DNA of 57,684 nt from Clostridiales bacterium (GTDB lineage: Bacteria > Bacillota > Clostridia > Saccharofermentanales > Saccharofermentanaceae): the NCBI GenBank assembly GCA_017513085.1, contig JAFWDK010000026.1:1-57684 (forward strand), in the 5' to 3' direction. Shown here piece by piece: positions 1 through 10,216 of the stretch; the first letter of the stretch is position 1, and the number at the start of each line of letters is the position of its first letter. A program made the position numbers and the translations under genes. Below the pieces are notes generated by a model. That model was not told the origin of the DNA. It searched no databases and worked only from the letters and a program-made list of their open reading frames with translations.

Positions 1-50
1 AACCGCTTCTTACTACTTTTTCTGATATAGATATTTCGGAGTACAAGAAG

Positions 51-491
51 ATGGAACAGAAGATGCCTTCTTCTGTATTTATTCCGTATGTGATCCGCAC
101 GGTTACGATCATCGGAATCGTTGCTGTAGTAGCGGCATTCTTTATTCCATTCATCTATGTTCTGCCTGTTTTGACATTAGCGATACTGATCACGATCGGT
201 GTTATCTGGATGCTTCGCGGAAAACTGGCGGAAAAAGCGTATACCAAGATGATGAGCCGGAACCCGTACGATACGCATCGGGTATACATGTTCTATGACG
301 GATATTTACGTTACCGTGGAAACGTAACCAATGCGAGGATCCGGTATTTCGAGATCGTCCAGTGTGTCGAGACTGAAGAGAACTTCTATCTGCGTGTCAA
401 AGGACGCCGCGCGATTATCATTCTGCAGAAAAAGAACTGCTCCGAGGAACTGATTGCTTTTGTAAGGGGAAAATTCGGATCGCGGAATTAA
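51..491 (+). CDS. YcxB-like membrane protein (may be 5'-truncated by window edge)
   Basis: Two N-terminal hydrophobic helices followed by a YcxB-like tail (IRYFEIVQCVETEENFYL...IILQK). Confidence 0.6.
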   Translation: MEQKMPSSVFIPYVIRTVTIIGIVAVVAAFFIPFIYVLPVLTLAILITIGVIWMLRGKLAEKAYTKMMSRNPYDTHRVYMFYDGYLRYRGNVTNARIRYFEIVQCVETEENFYLRVKGRRAIIILQKKNCSEELIAFVRGKFGSRN

Positions 492-538
492 TGCGCAACC
501 CCCTATAGTATAGTCCCCTCTAAGAGAAATGACACATC

Positions 539-580
539 AAAAACTGCACAAATCCTTGATCGGATTTCTGTGCAGTTTTT
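539..580 (+). terminator. Intrinsic terminator-like hairpin
   Basis: aaaaactgcaca...tgtgcagttttt inverted repeat after the 51..491 ORF. Confidence 0.65.
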
Positions 581-581
581 A

Positions 582-608
582 TTAGCACTCTCCCCTTGAC
601 AGTGCTAA
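582..608 (+). promoter_or_regulatory. CIRCE element (HrcA operator)
   Basis: TTAGCACTC-N9-CAGTGCTAA; one mismatch to the consensus TTAGCACTC-N9-GAGTGCTAA; upstream of a heat-shock gene. Confidence 0.9.
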
Positions 609-623
609 TTTCGGGACTATAAT
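596..623 (+). promoter_or_regulatory. SigA promoter of hsp20
   Basis: TTGACA (596-601), 16 bp spacer, TATAAT (618-623). Confidence 0.8.
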
Positions 624-713
624 AAAGGCGTAAACAGAGGAACGAAGATCCAAATAGATGATAAGACCTCCGCCCCAATGCGAGATAACAACATAGTAAA
701 GGAGGAATGATGT

Positions 714-1157
714 ATGTTGATGTCTGGTATTTTTGGAGAGAACTTGTTTGATGATTGGATGGGCTTCCCGATGCGGGAACTCGCAAATGTAGACCGTAGG
801 CTCTATGGTAAGAATGCGGGTCATGTCATGAAGACCGATGTTAACGAGACGGACGAGAACTATGAACTCGAAGTCGATCTGCCTGGTTTTAAGAAGGATG
901 AGATCAATGTCAAACTCGAAGATGGCTACATGACAATCAGTGCGTCGAAGGGCCTCGACAAAGAGAAGAAAGACAAGCATGGCACGATCATCCGTCAGGA
1001 AAGATATGCCGGCGCGATGTCCAGATCTTTCTATGTAGGTGAAGGCGTCAAGACAGAAGATGTGAAGGCAAAATTTGAAGATGGCGTCCTGAAACTCGAT
1101 ATTCCGAAGAAAGAATTGAATCTCCCGGGTACTTCCACGATCAATATTGAAGGATAA
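714..1157 (+). CDS. Hsp20/alpha-crystallin small heat-shock protein
   Basis: MKTDV...DLPGFKKDEI...ERY.G...RSF...AKFEDGVLKL motifs; SD ggagg at 701-705. Confidence 0.95.
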   Translation: MLMSGIFGENLFDDWMGFPMRELANVDRRLYGKNAGHVMKTDVNETDENYELEVDLPGFKKDEINVKLEDGYMTISASKGLDKEKKDKHGTIIRQERYAGAMSRSFYVGEGVKTEDVKAKFEDGVLKLDIPKKELNLPGTSTINIEG

Positions 1158-1205
1158 CCTGAACCGATCCGGCAAACTCGGATCCCCCATAAACCTCACC
1201 TAAAG

Positions 1206-1241
1206 AAAGACCCCTGTACCGGTTCCGGTGCAGGGGTCTTT
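1206..1241. terminator. Bidirectional terminator between convergent genes
   Basis: aaagacccctgtaccgg-tt-ccggtgcaggggtcttt. Confidence 0.85.
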
Positions 1242-1273
1242 GTGGTTATGCGCAAGTTTGTGAACAATAACGG

Positions 1274-4200
1274 TCATGAGACTTGAATACCAAGTTTTTT
1301 AGCCTCTTCCTTAAATCTGTTAAGTGCCGTTTCAAGACTGATTTCTCCATAGGCGTACTCACGTGCAAGATCGGAAAAAACGCCATTAAGATCATTGTCG
1401 TATGGACTGTATGCCTTCGCGTGAGCATGAGAAGCTGCCTGGACGAAGATTGGGAACGGATTCTGGTTGTTAAGGATAGACCATTTATCATTGAGCATCT
1501 TCATAACGGATTTGGATGAAACGGAATCCTGTTTGAAGTCAGCTCTTAGTGAACCTTGTGCCCACTTGTACTGAAGACCATCCTTGGAGCAATCGAGAGT
1601 GATGTAGTGGAGAATATCCCCGACTATCTGTGCTTTTTCGGTGCCGATGACATTTTTGTTTGCTATAGCCCAGGTTCCGCCCCAATAAAATGCGTATGGA
1701 GACTCACAGATCGCCCAGTCGTTAGAAAGAGCAGTATTCTCGACCTGCATTCCAATGACGTAATTGAGGAACCATGCCGGTCCGAAGAATCCGAAAACAC
1801 CTCTGGGACCTTCGCCTCTCATATCAGCATTCCAGTCTGGACCCCAGGCGTAAGTGTTGTTACAGTAACCCTTATCAACGATGGTTTTGGCAAGTTCCAT
1901 GTAATTCTTTCTGATCGGATCGATCACAAGTTTACCAGAAATCACCCATGGCGAATTTGCTGCTTTTTCCGCAACATTATAGACATCGCCGATGGAAGAG
2001 ATGATGGAGTAGCCCTTCTGGTTGAGCTGGTCGGCTGCTTTTAGGAATGTATCCCAACTGTTCGTGTTGGCACCGATGGCTTTCGCGATAACATCCGGCG
2101 CATCAGAGCCGAAGACCTGCTTGGCGATGGATCTTCTATAGATGAATACGCCCGGTGTGGACTGATAGCTAAGACCACAGATCTTGCCATCGCTTTTTCT
2201 TGAACCGATGGACATTACGTATTGAGCCGGATCGGCTGCCTGAAGTTTGGCGGCAAAATCGGGGATGAGCTGGTCGTAAGGCGCGGCATAGGATGCATAT
2301 TTTCCGTTAATGTAGGGATAAGCATAGTCAGCTTCTGCCATATAGATATCCACACTGTTATTTTCCAGAGCATAGTTCAGCATATGCTCATACAAATGGG
2401 CATCGTTGTACATGATCTCAAACTGAAACTGGTATTTTGCTGCGATGTCCGGGTGTTTCTGGAGATACGATTCGACAATCGCCTTTGTTTCATCGGACAA
2501 ACCGAAAACGACGATCTTTCCATTGCTGGGAATCGGTGTCGGCGCCGGTGGCTGAGGGAGCGTACCACGCTCGATGCCATACTGTTTACAGAGCGCTGTA
2601 AATTCAGGAGATTCAGCAAACTTTTTGATGATTGCCTCGCGGGACACACCGGAGATAAGTTGGCTGACCCAGTATTCCAGACCGGCCGAGTCGGAATTTC
2701 TATCCATGAATGTTGCGTAGAGGGTATTAACGAATGAGTAATTCGGAGTTTTGAAATTGATGTATTCTTCAGACGTGAAGAATAGATTTGCGGCTTCGGC
2801 AGCTGTCTTTTCAAGATTGGTGAGCGCCAGCGACCAGTACTGCAACCCTTTTTCTTCCGGCTCTCTGTTCAGGCAATATGCATATAGTCTTGAAACGAAA
2901 GAAAGAGCATTGTCTGATGGTTTAGTTGCTTTATGGTACAGAGCGCCGGATTTGACGCCGTAACCGGCGCAGACGTTACACCATTCTGTAGACTCGATAA
3001 AACCGTTTACAACATCGCGCTTTGAGACACCCTTGTTTAATTGCCCGACCCAGTAGCTTTTACCGCCGGATTCTGCTGCACGATCAAAGAAGACAGCATA
3101 AAGAGTATCTACGAACTGGTCGTTATTTAATCCGCGATTCATGAATTCCGGTGCGTCCAAAAGGAAGAATCGCGCACAGTCTGCGCCGGTCGCACCTTCG
3201 TTGACAACATGATTGACCCAGAATGCTTTTCCTTCGGCTTCCGGTTCACGGTTCAGTGCGATCTTATAGAGACGTTCAACAAAGCCTTCAAACCCTTTGT
3301 TCGGTCCGGGAGATGGGATGGCCGTCGGCAATGGTTCCGGCTCTGTCGTCGGAGTCGGGGTAGTTTTTTTGATCTCAGGCTTTATGTTGGTGGCTTTATC
3401 AAAAGATAAAATAATATCACCTTTGTCAGGATCACAGATGCCATAGTAAGATCCTTTGTCTCTGATTAGTGCAAACTTGATTGCGCTGACCAAAGAAGCG
3501 GAATTGCTTACGTCGAGTGTGTCGATCTGGTTGTTGTGCGTAAGAAGACAATAAAGATGAGTAAGATTGCTTACATCCAAACTTTTAAGTTCATTTTGGT
3601 AGCATTCCAGATAACTTAGATTGATACTCTTGTTGACTTCCAGCGAAGATAAATGGTTGTTGCTTACATATACGTATTGGAGATCTGTATGCTTACTCAG
3701 ATCGATGCTCGAAAGACTGCAATCGGAACAATTCAGACTTCTTAACTTCGTGTTGGCGTGAATATCCAAAGAATTGATTGGGTTTTCGTTACACGAGAGA
3801 GAAGTTAGCTTGGTGTTTCTGCTGATGTCGAGTGATGTGATCTTATTCCTGCCACAAGAAAGTGAATCAAGGTCGAGGTTATTGCTGACATCTATCGAAG
3901 AAATGGCATTTCCACCAATTCCCAAATCGCGGAGCTTAGTATTTTTGCTGACATCGATGGATGAAAGTTTATTTTTGCTGCAGATGAGCATTCTCAGCTC
4001 GGGTAACATCGAAACATCGAGAGAAGTGATCTGGTTTTCGGAAATATATAGGTCCTCAAGTACTGTATTTTTGCTGACATCCAAGGATGTCAGCTTGTTC
4101 CGTGAACAAATGATATGGGTCAGCTTCGGATTCTTACTGATATCGATACTGCTGACTTCATTTCTGGAAAAGAGCAGTCGCTCCAGATTTGGAAAGAATT

Positions 4201-4609
4201 CAATACCTTGAAGTGATTGAATACCCATTTCATCAACGGAAATGATTCTGATATCTGCTTCGTATTCGCTGAGAACCCCGTTCGAGTCTAAATCATATTT
4301 TTGAGTTACGTATTTGCGAAAAACACTGTCTGGGAAGTTTGTCTCATCAATTTTGATCCCATCATCAGATGGGGCGGAAACAGTTTCAGAAGAGGCTTCT
4401 TCGCTTTCTGAACCTGAAGGTTCACTCTCCGCTGAACTGTCATCTTCATCAGTAGGAATAGTGTTATCTCCTTCGAAGATAGGAGGCTCTTCCGCGCTAG
4501 GCGCAGTATCGGCCAGAAGAGTGGGCCGTTTAATGAAGTAAGTCCCCAAATTCGACAAGAAAAGACTAGCCGCGAGTAGGACGGCCAGTGCGTGACGTCT
4601 TCGTATCAT
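1274..4609 (-). CDS. Secreted multidomain protein: leucine-rich repeats + DUF4214-type repeats + family-1 extracellular solute-binding domain
   Basis: Signal peptide; NFPD cap then ~21-aa LRRs (LTSLDVSKNT.L..L....N); FVERLY..AL.R....G..FW repeats; C-terminal sugar-SBP motifs (YQSTPGVFIYRRSIAK, GFFGPAWF, YWGGTW). Confidence 0.8.
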   Translation of the reverse strand: MIRRRHALAVLLAASLFLSNLGTYFIKRPTLLADTAPSAEEPPIFEGDNTIPTDEDDSSAESEPSGSESEEASSETVSAPSDDGIKIDETNFPDSVFRKYVTQKYDLDSNGVLSEYEADIRIISVDEMGIQSLQGIEFFPNLERLLFSRNEVSSIDISKNPKLTHIICSRNKLTSLDVSKNTVLEDLYISENQITSLDVSMLPELRMLICSKNKLSSIDVSKNTKLRDLGIGGNAISSIDVSNNLDLDSLSCGRNKITSLDISRNTKLTSLSCNENPINSLDIHANTKLRSLNCSDCSLSSIDLSKHTDLQYVYVSNNHLSSLEVNKSINLSYLECYQNELKSLDVSNLTHLYCLLTHNNQIDTLDVSNSASLVSAIKFALIRDKGSYYGICDPDKGDIILSFDKATNIKPEIKKTTPTPTTEPEPLPTAIPSPGPNKGFEGFVERLYKIALNREPEAEGKAFWVNHVVNEGATGADCARFFLLDAPEFMNRGLNNDQFVDTLYAVFFDRAAESGGKSYWVGQLNKGVSKRDVVNGFIESTEWCNVCAGYGVKSGALYHKATKPSDNALSFVSRLYAYCLNREPEEKGLQYWSLALTNLEKTAAEAANLFFTSEEYINFKTPNYSFVNTLYATFMDRNSDSAGLEYWVSQLISGVSREAIIKKFAESPEFTALCKQYGIERGTLPQPPAPTPIPSNGKIVVFGLSDETKAIVESYLQKHPDIAAKYQFQFEIMYNDAHLYEHMLNYALENNSVDIYMAEADYAYPYINGKYASYAAPYDQLIPDFAAKLQAADPAQYVMSIGSRKSDGKICGLSYQSTPGVFIYRRSIAKQVFGSDAPDVIAKAIGANTNSWDTFLKAADQLNQKGYSIISSIGDVYNVAEKAANSPWVISGKLVIDPIRKNYMELAKTIVDKGYCNNTYAWGPDWNADMRGEGPRGVFGFFGPAWFLNYVIGMQVENTALSNDWAICESPYAFYWGGTWAIANKNVIGTEKAQIVGDILHYITLDCSKDGLQYKWAQGSLRADFKQDSVSSKSVMKMLNDKWSILNNQNPFPIFVQAASHAHAKAYSPYDNDLNGVFSDLAREYAYGEISLETALNRFKEEAKKLGIQVS

Positions 4610-4785
4610 AATATCATCCTCCTTTTGCAGTACGAAAAAACATTGCGTACCAATAACCCATACTCCGATTATAGTCCCGACGGGAAACCACTGAAAGACA
4701 GGATGTAAATTATTAACAGAATTTTCAAATTGTTTTGCGAAGTTGCAAAGCTTTATCTTTTTTTCTTCTCGCTATCATGAAAGGC

Positions 4786-4858
4786 AAAAAGAAATCTCGC
4801 TCTGGCGAGTTCTTCCGCGCAACGGAAGTTGTCTGAGCCAGAGCGAGATATTCTTTTT
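4786..4858 (-). terminator. gdhA terminator (long hairpin)
   Basis: aaaaagaaatctcgctctggc ... gccagagcgagatattcttttt with inner hairpin cttccg-cgcaa-cggaag. Confidence 0.75.
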
Positions 4859-4886
4859 AGCCTTATCTTAAACCGCGAACCGAGTA

Positions 4887-6236
<1,350 letters not shown>

Positions 6237-6545
6237 TCAATCCTCCATATAATAAATCTGAAATCAATAGTTGCATTATACAACCTACATTTCGATTTGC
6301 AAATAGAAATCTTCGTGTTTTTGCAAGAAGAATAAAAAACGTTGCAAAAAATGAAACATTTTTTCATGAAAGACATCCGCTTGCGATTTCGTGGAATGAC
6401 TTTGTAAAGTGGCGACTATAGCCTTGTTTCAGCAAGAGTGGCTTCGTTGGGCTATAAGATCTCGTCAAAATGCATTATGAAATTCCGAAAACAGAATGTT
6501 GCAAAAACAAGTGCTTTTGGAACAACAGAAAAAAATATATAAAGT

Positions 6546-6574
6546 TGTAACGTTTCCGGAGGTGAGTTGTTTCA
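6546..6574 (+). promoter_or_regulatory. Shared promoter-like motif, copy 1 (ECF-sigma-like)
   Basis: TGTAAC-N17-GTTTCA; recurs with identical spacing at 10145 and 11198. Confidence 0.6.
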
Positions 6575-6615
6575 CATATGGAAAAGAGATGTGGGACAAA
6601 GGAAAGGTGAGGATC

Positions 6616-7665
6616 ATGAAAAAGAATGAGAAGAAAACGAATCATGATAAGCGAATGAAGGTGTTGTTCGTCTCTTGTGTGACACTCGTTACTGCAATCG
6701 TGTTGTGCGGTCTGGGATGGTATGTGCACCATAGGTACTATCTTAGAACCACGACGCTGATTCCGGAACTGGAGGCCATCGCGCCGAAGCAGCCACAGGA
6801 TATGGTTTTCGAAGACGAAAATGGCAGGCAATACTATGAATTGACTCGCGAAGGTTCAGTGGTCAATGACGAGGCCGGGATATACTTGTCGAGAGCCACG
6901 TTTGCTTGTTTTGATGAAGAAGAGGGAAAGATGTGGACTTCTTACGCCAAAAGCAAAAAGCATAGCGATGAGGTTCTGAGTCTGTATAAGTCTTTCGCAA
7001 AGGTTCGTGGCAAAGAGGTAACGGACTGGACTATGGATAAACTCACTTATCCTATCTATTCTATAGAGTTTTTTATGCGTGAGGGCACTTTCTGGGGTGT
7101 ATGGAGCAATGGTTATCTGATCACCAACGCACATAAGACCTATAAACTGGATTATGATTTTTCCGAGTTTGAGAAAGCCGGCAACACGATGTTTACATAT
7201 TCTGATGTGGGCAAGGTCAATGAGGATAGAATGCTCTGGCCGATCCTGCAATACACCGTCCTGACCGAAAACGGGACAAAATGGAAGGCGGACGCACTGA
7301 AACCTTCGATCTTCGATGTCGGAGAGATGGAAGGATTGACGATGACGGTCAAGGAGGTGGATCTGGAATCTTTCCAGAGAACCATTACGATTGAGATCCG
7401 AAACGACAGCACATCGGATATCAAGTACGGAACGAAACTTCATATGGAAACGCTTGTGGACGGAAAGTGGTATCAGCCTTTGGTAGATCCGACGGGGGCC
7501 TTGGTAACCGGTGTGGACAGTCTTATGAATACGCTTCGGCCGGGGGAAACGAAGACGGTTAAGTATAACGTGATGGCGTACCTGAATCCGCCGCTGGCGC
7601 AGAACCGGGCGATACTATATGTATACAAAGATGGTGAACGGGCGCATGTGGCGGCGGAATTCTGA
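6616..7665 (+). CDS. Membrane-anchored exported protein with C-terminal Ig-like domain (paralog 1)
   Basis: Start re-assigned to ATG 6616 behind aggtgagg; single N-terminal TM; TYPIY...WSNGYL and V.GKWY...L.PGE motifs shared with 10217 and 11254. Confidence 0.75.
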   Translation: MKKNEKKTNHDKRMKVLFVSCVTLVTAIVLCGLGWYVHHRYYLRTTTLIPELEAIAPKQPQDMVFEDENGRQYYELTREGSVVNDEAGIYLSRATFACFDEEEGKMWTSYAKSKKHSDEVLSLYKSFAKVRGKEVTDWTMDKLTYPIYSIEFFMREGTFWGVWSNGYLITNAHKTYKLDYDFSEFEKAGNTMFTYSDVGKVNEDRMLWPILQYTVLTENGTKWKADALKPSIFDVGEMEGLTMTVKEVDLESFQRTITIEIRNDSTSDIKYGTKLHMETLVDGKWYQPLVDPTGALVTGVDSLMNTLRPGETKTVKYNVMAYLNPPLAQNRAILYVYKDGERAHVAAEF

Positions 7666-7735
7666 AAGGGGAGTACGCTGCATCTGTAGAAGTCTCCAAG
7701 TATACCGGCGTGTCGAATACGAACTTTCGGAATAA
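7662..7735 (+). pseudogene. Frameshifted 3' remnant of a fourth paralog
   Basis: Encodes GEYAASVEVSKYTGV/(1-nt deletion)/EYELSE*, matching the C-terminus GEYAVFVDCSKDTGVFEYVLAEF of the 10217..11188 protein. Confidence 0.75.
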
Positions 7736-7743
7736 GGAATGAT

Positions 7744-9192
7744 TCATGTGAACGGGAAGGCGATGAAATTCATCATCACATAACTTGCTGCGGAGAACCA
7801 AAGCCAGGGAGCGAACGTTTTCTTTCCGGTAAGCAGATGCACGATGGTCAGGATGGAGCCGACGAAAACTACGGCCGTGCCCCATAGTCCGAGTGTGCGG
7901 GAGACTGTGAATCCGAAACGGGACATGTAAAGTATGATCTTCGAGGCAGAGATACAGGCGAAGATGCAGCTTTCTGTCATGAGCGCCACGCTTCCGGTCT
8001 TGATGAAACGGTGGTCGTGCGAACCGAAGATGCGGATCACGGACATGAGCACGAAGTTGATCAGTACCACATTGATGAGTTCGTGGAAACCGCTGACGGC
8101 GTATTCGGATGCGGTGAATTCCTGGGGCAGTACTCCTGCAAAAGCACTGAACATGTACGAGGCCTGGGAGATAAAGAAGGCCAGATATACCAGGACGAAC
8201 ACTCCAAGAGTGAGTGCCACCAGTACGTTGGGGAGAAAGCGGAGCTTTTGGCTTGATTTAATTGTATGTTCGTATAAATCTTTTTCCGGTGTGGAGTCCA
8301 TGCGCACACTTCCTTGAAACAGACCGAACAGATACATGCCGACCGGGATACTGAAGAAGAAGCGTGCAATCACTTCGAAGAATGATATGTTGCTGAAAAA
8401 GTGGTCGATCGAATCGGAGACGTACTTAAAGTTTCCGTCCATACTTGCCAGATTTCCGAAAGCTTCGACGAATATAACAAGGATGAGGATCAGGACTCCG
8501 ATGGTACCGAAGATCTTGCCGGCACCATTGGAGGCGGAATCCTGATTGGAAGCTCCCTGCCCGTAGGAGTTGTTTGGAGTTTCGTGCGGGACAGGAATAG
8601 GCATCGTGGCAGAGGGAAAATACCCGGAGTGCTTCGGTACGGAACTGGTTGCCGGTATAGAAGCTGATGGAGCAACAGAAGCTTGCGCCGAAGATGAGGC
8701 TGATTTGCCTGCTCTTCTGGCAGAGATGCTTTCGGAAACGGAGAAGATCCGGGCGCAAAAGTTTCTGAAAGGGATTCGGAAAGTACCATTTACGAGATCT
8801 CCGGGAAGGAGCACCGAGGAGCGGTCCGAAATAAGGTGGCCGGTTCCGCAGAGTACCATATAGATCAGCACGGGATGCATCAGGAGAAAGGATAACTCCG
8901 GACGGAATCCCAGATAAGTATTGATGCTGAGAAGAAGGAGGATCGCTTCCCAGAATCGGGTTTCAATACGCAAACGGGCCGTATGGTGATCTTTCCCGAG
9001 GAGTGACTGCTGCTTCATGGTCAATTCCAGCCATATGATCGCTACGATGGACAGGATGGACAGGAAGATCGCGCGGATAAGTAAATTGGGCAGATATGTT
9101 GTGAAAAAACAGATATATGCGTAGGAAAAAGCGTAACTGATACCAAGACAGAGGAATTTCAGAATCTCTGCCTGCTTTGTGCTTAGATTCAT
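7744..9192 (-). CDS. DUF4153/DUF4173-type polytopic membrane protein
   Basis: Many TM helices; Q..Y.FSAF.G.LP..FT.SEYA.SGF.EL and LY...FG.T..R motifs; start at ATG 9192. Confidence 0.75.
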   Translation of the reverse strand: MNLSTKQAEILKFLCLGISYAFSYAYICFFTTYLPNLLIRAIFLSILSIVAIIWLELTMKQQSLLGKDHHTARLRIETRFWEAILLLLSINTYLGFRPELSFLLMHPVLIYMVLCGTGHLISDRSSVLLPGDLVNGTFRIPFRNFCARIFSVSESISARRAGKSASSSAQASVAPSASIPATSSVPKHSGYFPSATMPIPVPHETPNNSYGQGASNQDSASNGAGKIFGTIGVLILILVIFVEAFGNLASMDGNFKYVSDSIDHFFSNISFFEVIARFFFSIPVGMYLFGLFQGSVRMDSTPEKDLYEHTIKSSQKLRFLPNVLVALTLGVFVLVYLAFFISQASYMFSAFAGVLPQEFTASEYAVSGFHELINVVLINFVLMSVIRIFGSHDHRFIKTGSVALMTESCIFACISASKIILYMSRFGFTVSRTLGLWGTAVVFVGSILTIVHLLTGKKTFAPWLWFSAASYVMMNFIAFPFT

Positions 9193-9206
9193 TTTGAAAC
9201 CTTCTT

Positions 9207-9413
9207 TCAGTCTTCCCGGTATTCGAGAATGTCTCCCGGCTGGCAATCCAGTGCCTTACAGATATCGTTCAAAGTACTGAAGCGGACAGCCTTGGCTTTC
9301 TGATTCTTTAATATGGAGAGATTAGCAGGGGTAATGCCGATCGCATTGGCCAGATCGCCGGCGGACATCTTACGTTTCGCCATCATAACATCGATATTTA
9401 CAATAATTGACAT
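9207..9413 (-). CDS. XRE/Cro-CI HTH regulator (YozG-like)
   Basis: MSIIVNIDVMMAKRKMS...NLSILKN.KAKAVRFSTL..IC.AL.CQPGDILEY. Confidence 0.9.
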   Translation of the reverse strand: MSIIVNIDVMMAKRKMSAGDLANAIGITPANLSILKNQKAKAVRFSTLNDICKALDCQPGDILEYRED

Positions 9414-9429
9414 AACTATCACCTCCGTC

Positions 9430-9933
9430 TCACACAGTGAGATCCAGCTCAGCGCGCATATCGATGGCTTTATCCATGACAAGACGGACACACTGGACGA
9501 TCAGTCCGACGAAGACGCCGACGAGCGAAATAAGAGCTAAAGTTGCACAAGCACTGGCACTGACAAAACAGATCAGGGCAATCAGCAGACAAAGAAGAGA
9601 AATGGCATTCATATATGTCGTGTTTTTCTTGTCGAAAACGATATTCTTCTTCAGATTTAGAAGAAGCCGTACGACACAATAGAGGATCGGATAGGTGATT
9701 GCAGTAGAAAGATAAAAGCATGTCAGGAAAATGGAAAATCTGCATTCACTGTTGTCAAGGAACGAGAATATATGAACATAGTTTCCGCTGAAGGCGTGAT
9801 CTTCCCAACAGTAGCGGCAGAAGGAGTATCCGAAGAGATCTCCAAGGAGTACGCAAATGCAGAATACGGCACATGCGAGAAGGGTTAAGTTTAACCAAAG
9901 ATTATATGTAGGTTTTTCAGATTGACGTTGCAT
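9430..9933 (-). CDS. DUF2975 family membrane protein (YoaS-like)
   Basis: Four TM segments; VF...N...M..I and C-terminal A...R.E.DLTV signature; directly upstream of the YozG-like HTH. Confidence 0.85.
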   Translation of the reverse strand: MQRQSEKPTYNLWLNLTLLACAVFCICVLLGDLFGYSFCRYCWEDHAFSGNYVHIFSFLDNSECRFSIFLTCFYLSTAITYPILYCVVRLLLNLKKNIVFDKKNTTYMNAISLLCLLIALICFVSASACATLALISLVGVFVGLIVQCVRLVMDKAIDMRAELDLTV

Positions 9934-10001
9934 AAGAATTGACCTCCGAAATTATTAGAAGTAGATAAACTGAGAATAGATAACGTTATCAGTATGGTCA
10001 T

Positions 10002-10057
10002 ATAATACCATGGAGCTTTTCGAAAAACAAGTAGTTTTTATCGAAAAACGATAAAAA
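10002..10057 (-). promoter_or_regulatory. Promoter and palindromic operator for the DUF2975-HTH-DUF4153 operon
   Basis: Minus strand TTGTTT-17-TATTAT with TG extension; perfect palindrome TTTTTATCG-N5-CGATAAAAA at 10035-10057. Confidence 0.6.
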
Positions 10058-10144
10058 TTTTTCGAAAGTAGAAATATGGGCTCTTCAGGTGCTTCTGCCG
10101 GAGATCGTCTTTTATCCCCCCAAAAAACAATTTTTGAAGAAAAG

Positions 10145-10171
10145 TGTAATGTTATTGTGGTAAAACTGTTA
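10145..10171 (+). promoter_or_regulatory. Shared promoter-like motif, copy 2
   Basis: TGTAAT-N17-GTTA, same spacing as copies 1 and 3. Confidence 0.45.
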
Positions 10172-10216
10172 GTAAGGGTGAAGAGAACATTGTTGAAGAA
10201 TTGGAGGATGATGAAA

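Noticed and set aside
667-705. cctcc anti-SD in hsp20 leader as an RNA thermometer
   Set aside because: Only 5 bp of complementarity with no extended stem; CIRCE already explains heat control
4668-4680. 13-bp tcgggactataat shared between the hsp20 promoter (611-623) and the LRR gene upstream region (minus strand)
   Set aside because: Half of it is the -10 box; no other shared context, likely chance
6297-6367. Three TTGCAA hexamers and an ATGAAA-N5-TTTCAT dyad upstream of gdhA
   Set aside because: AT-rich region with irregular spacing; cannot be assigned to a regulator from sequence alone
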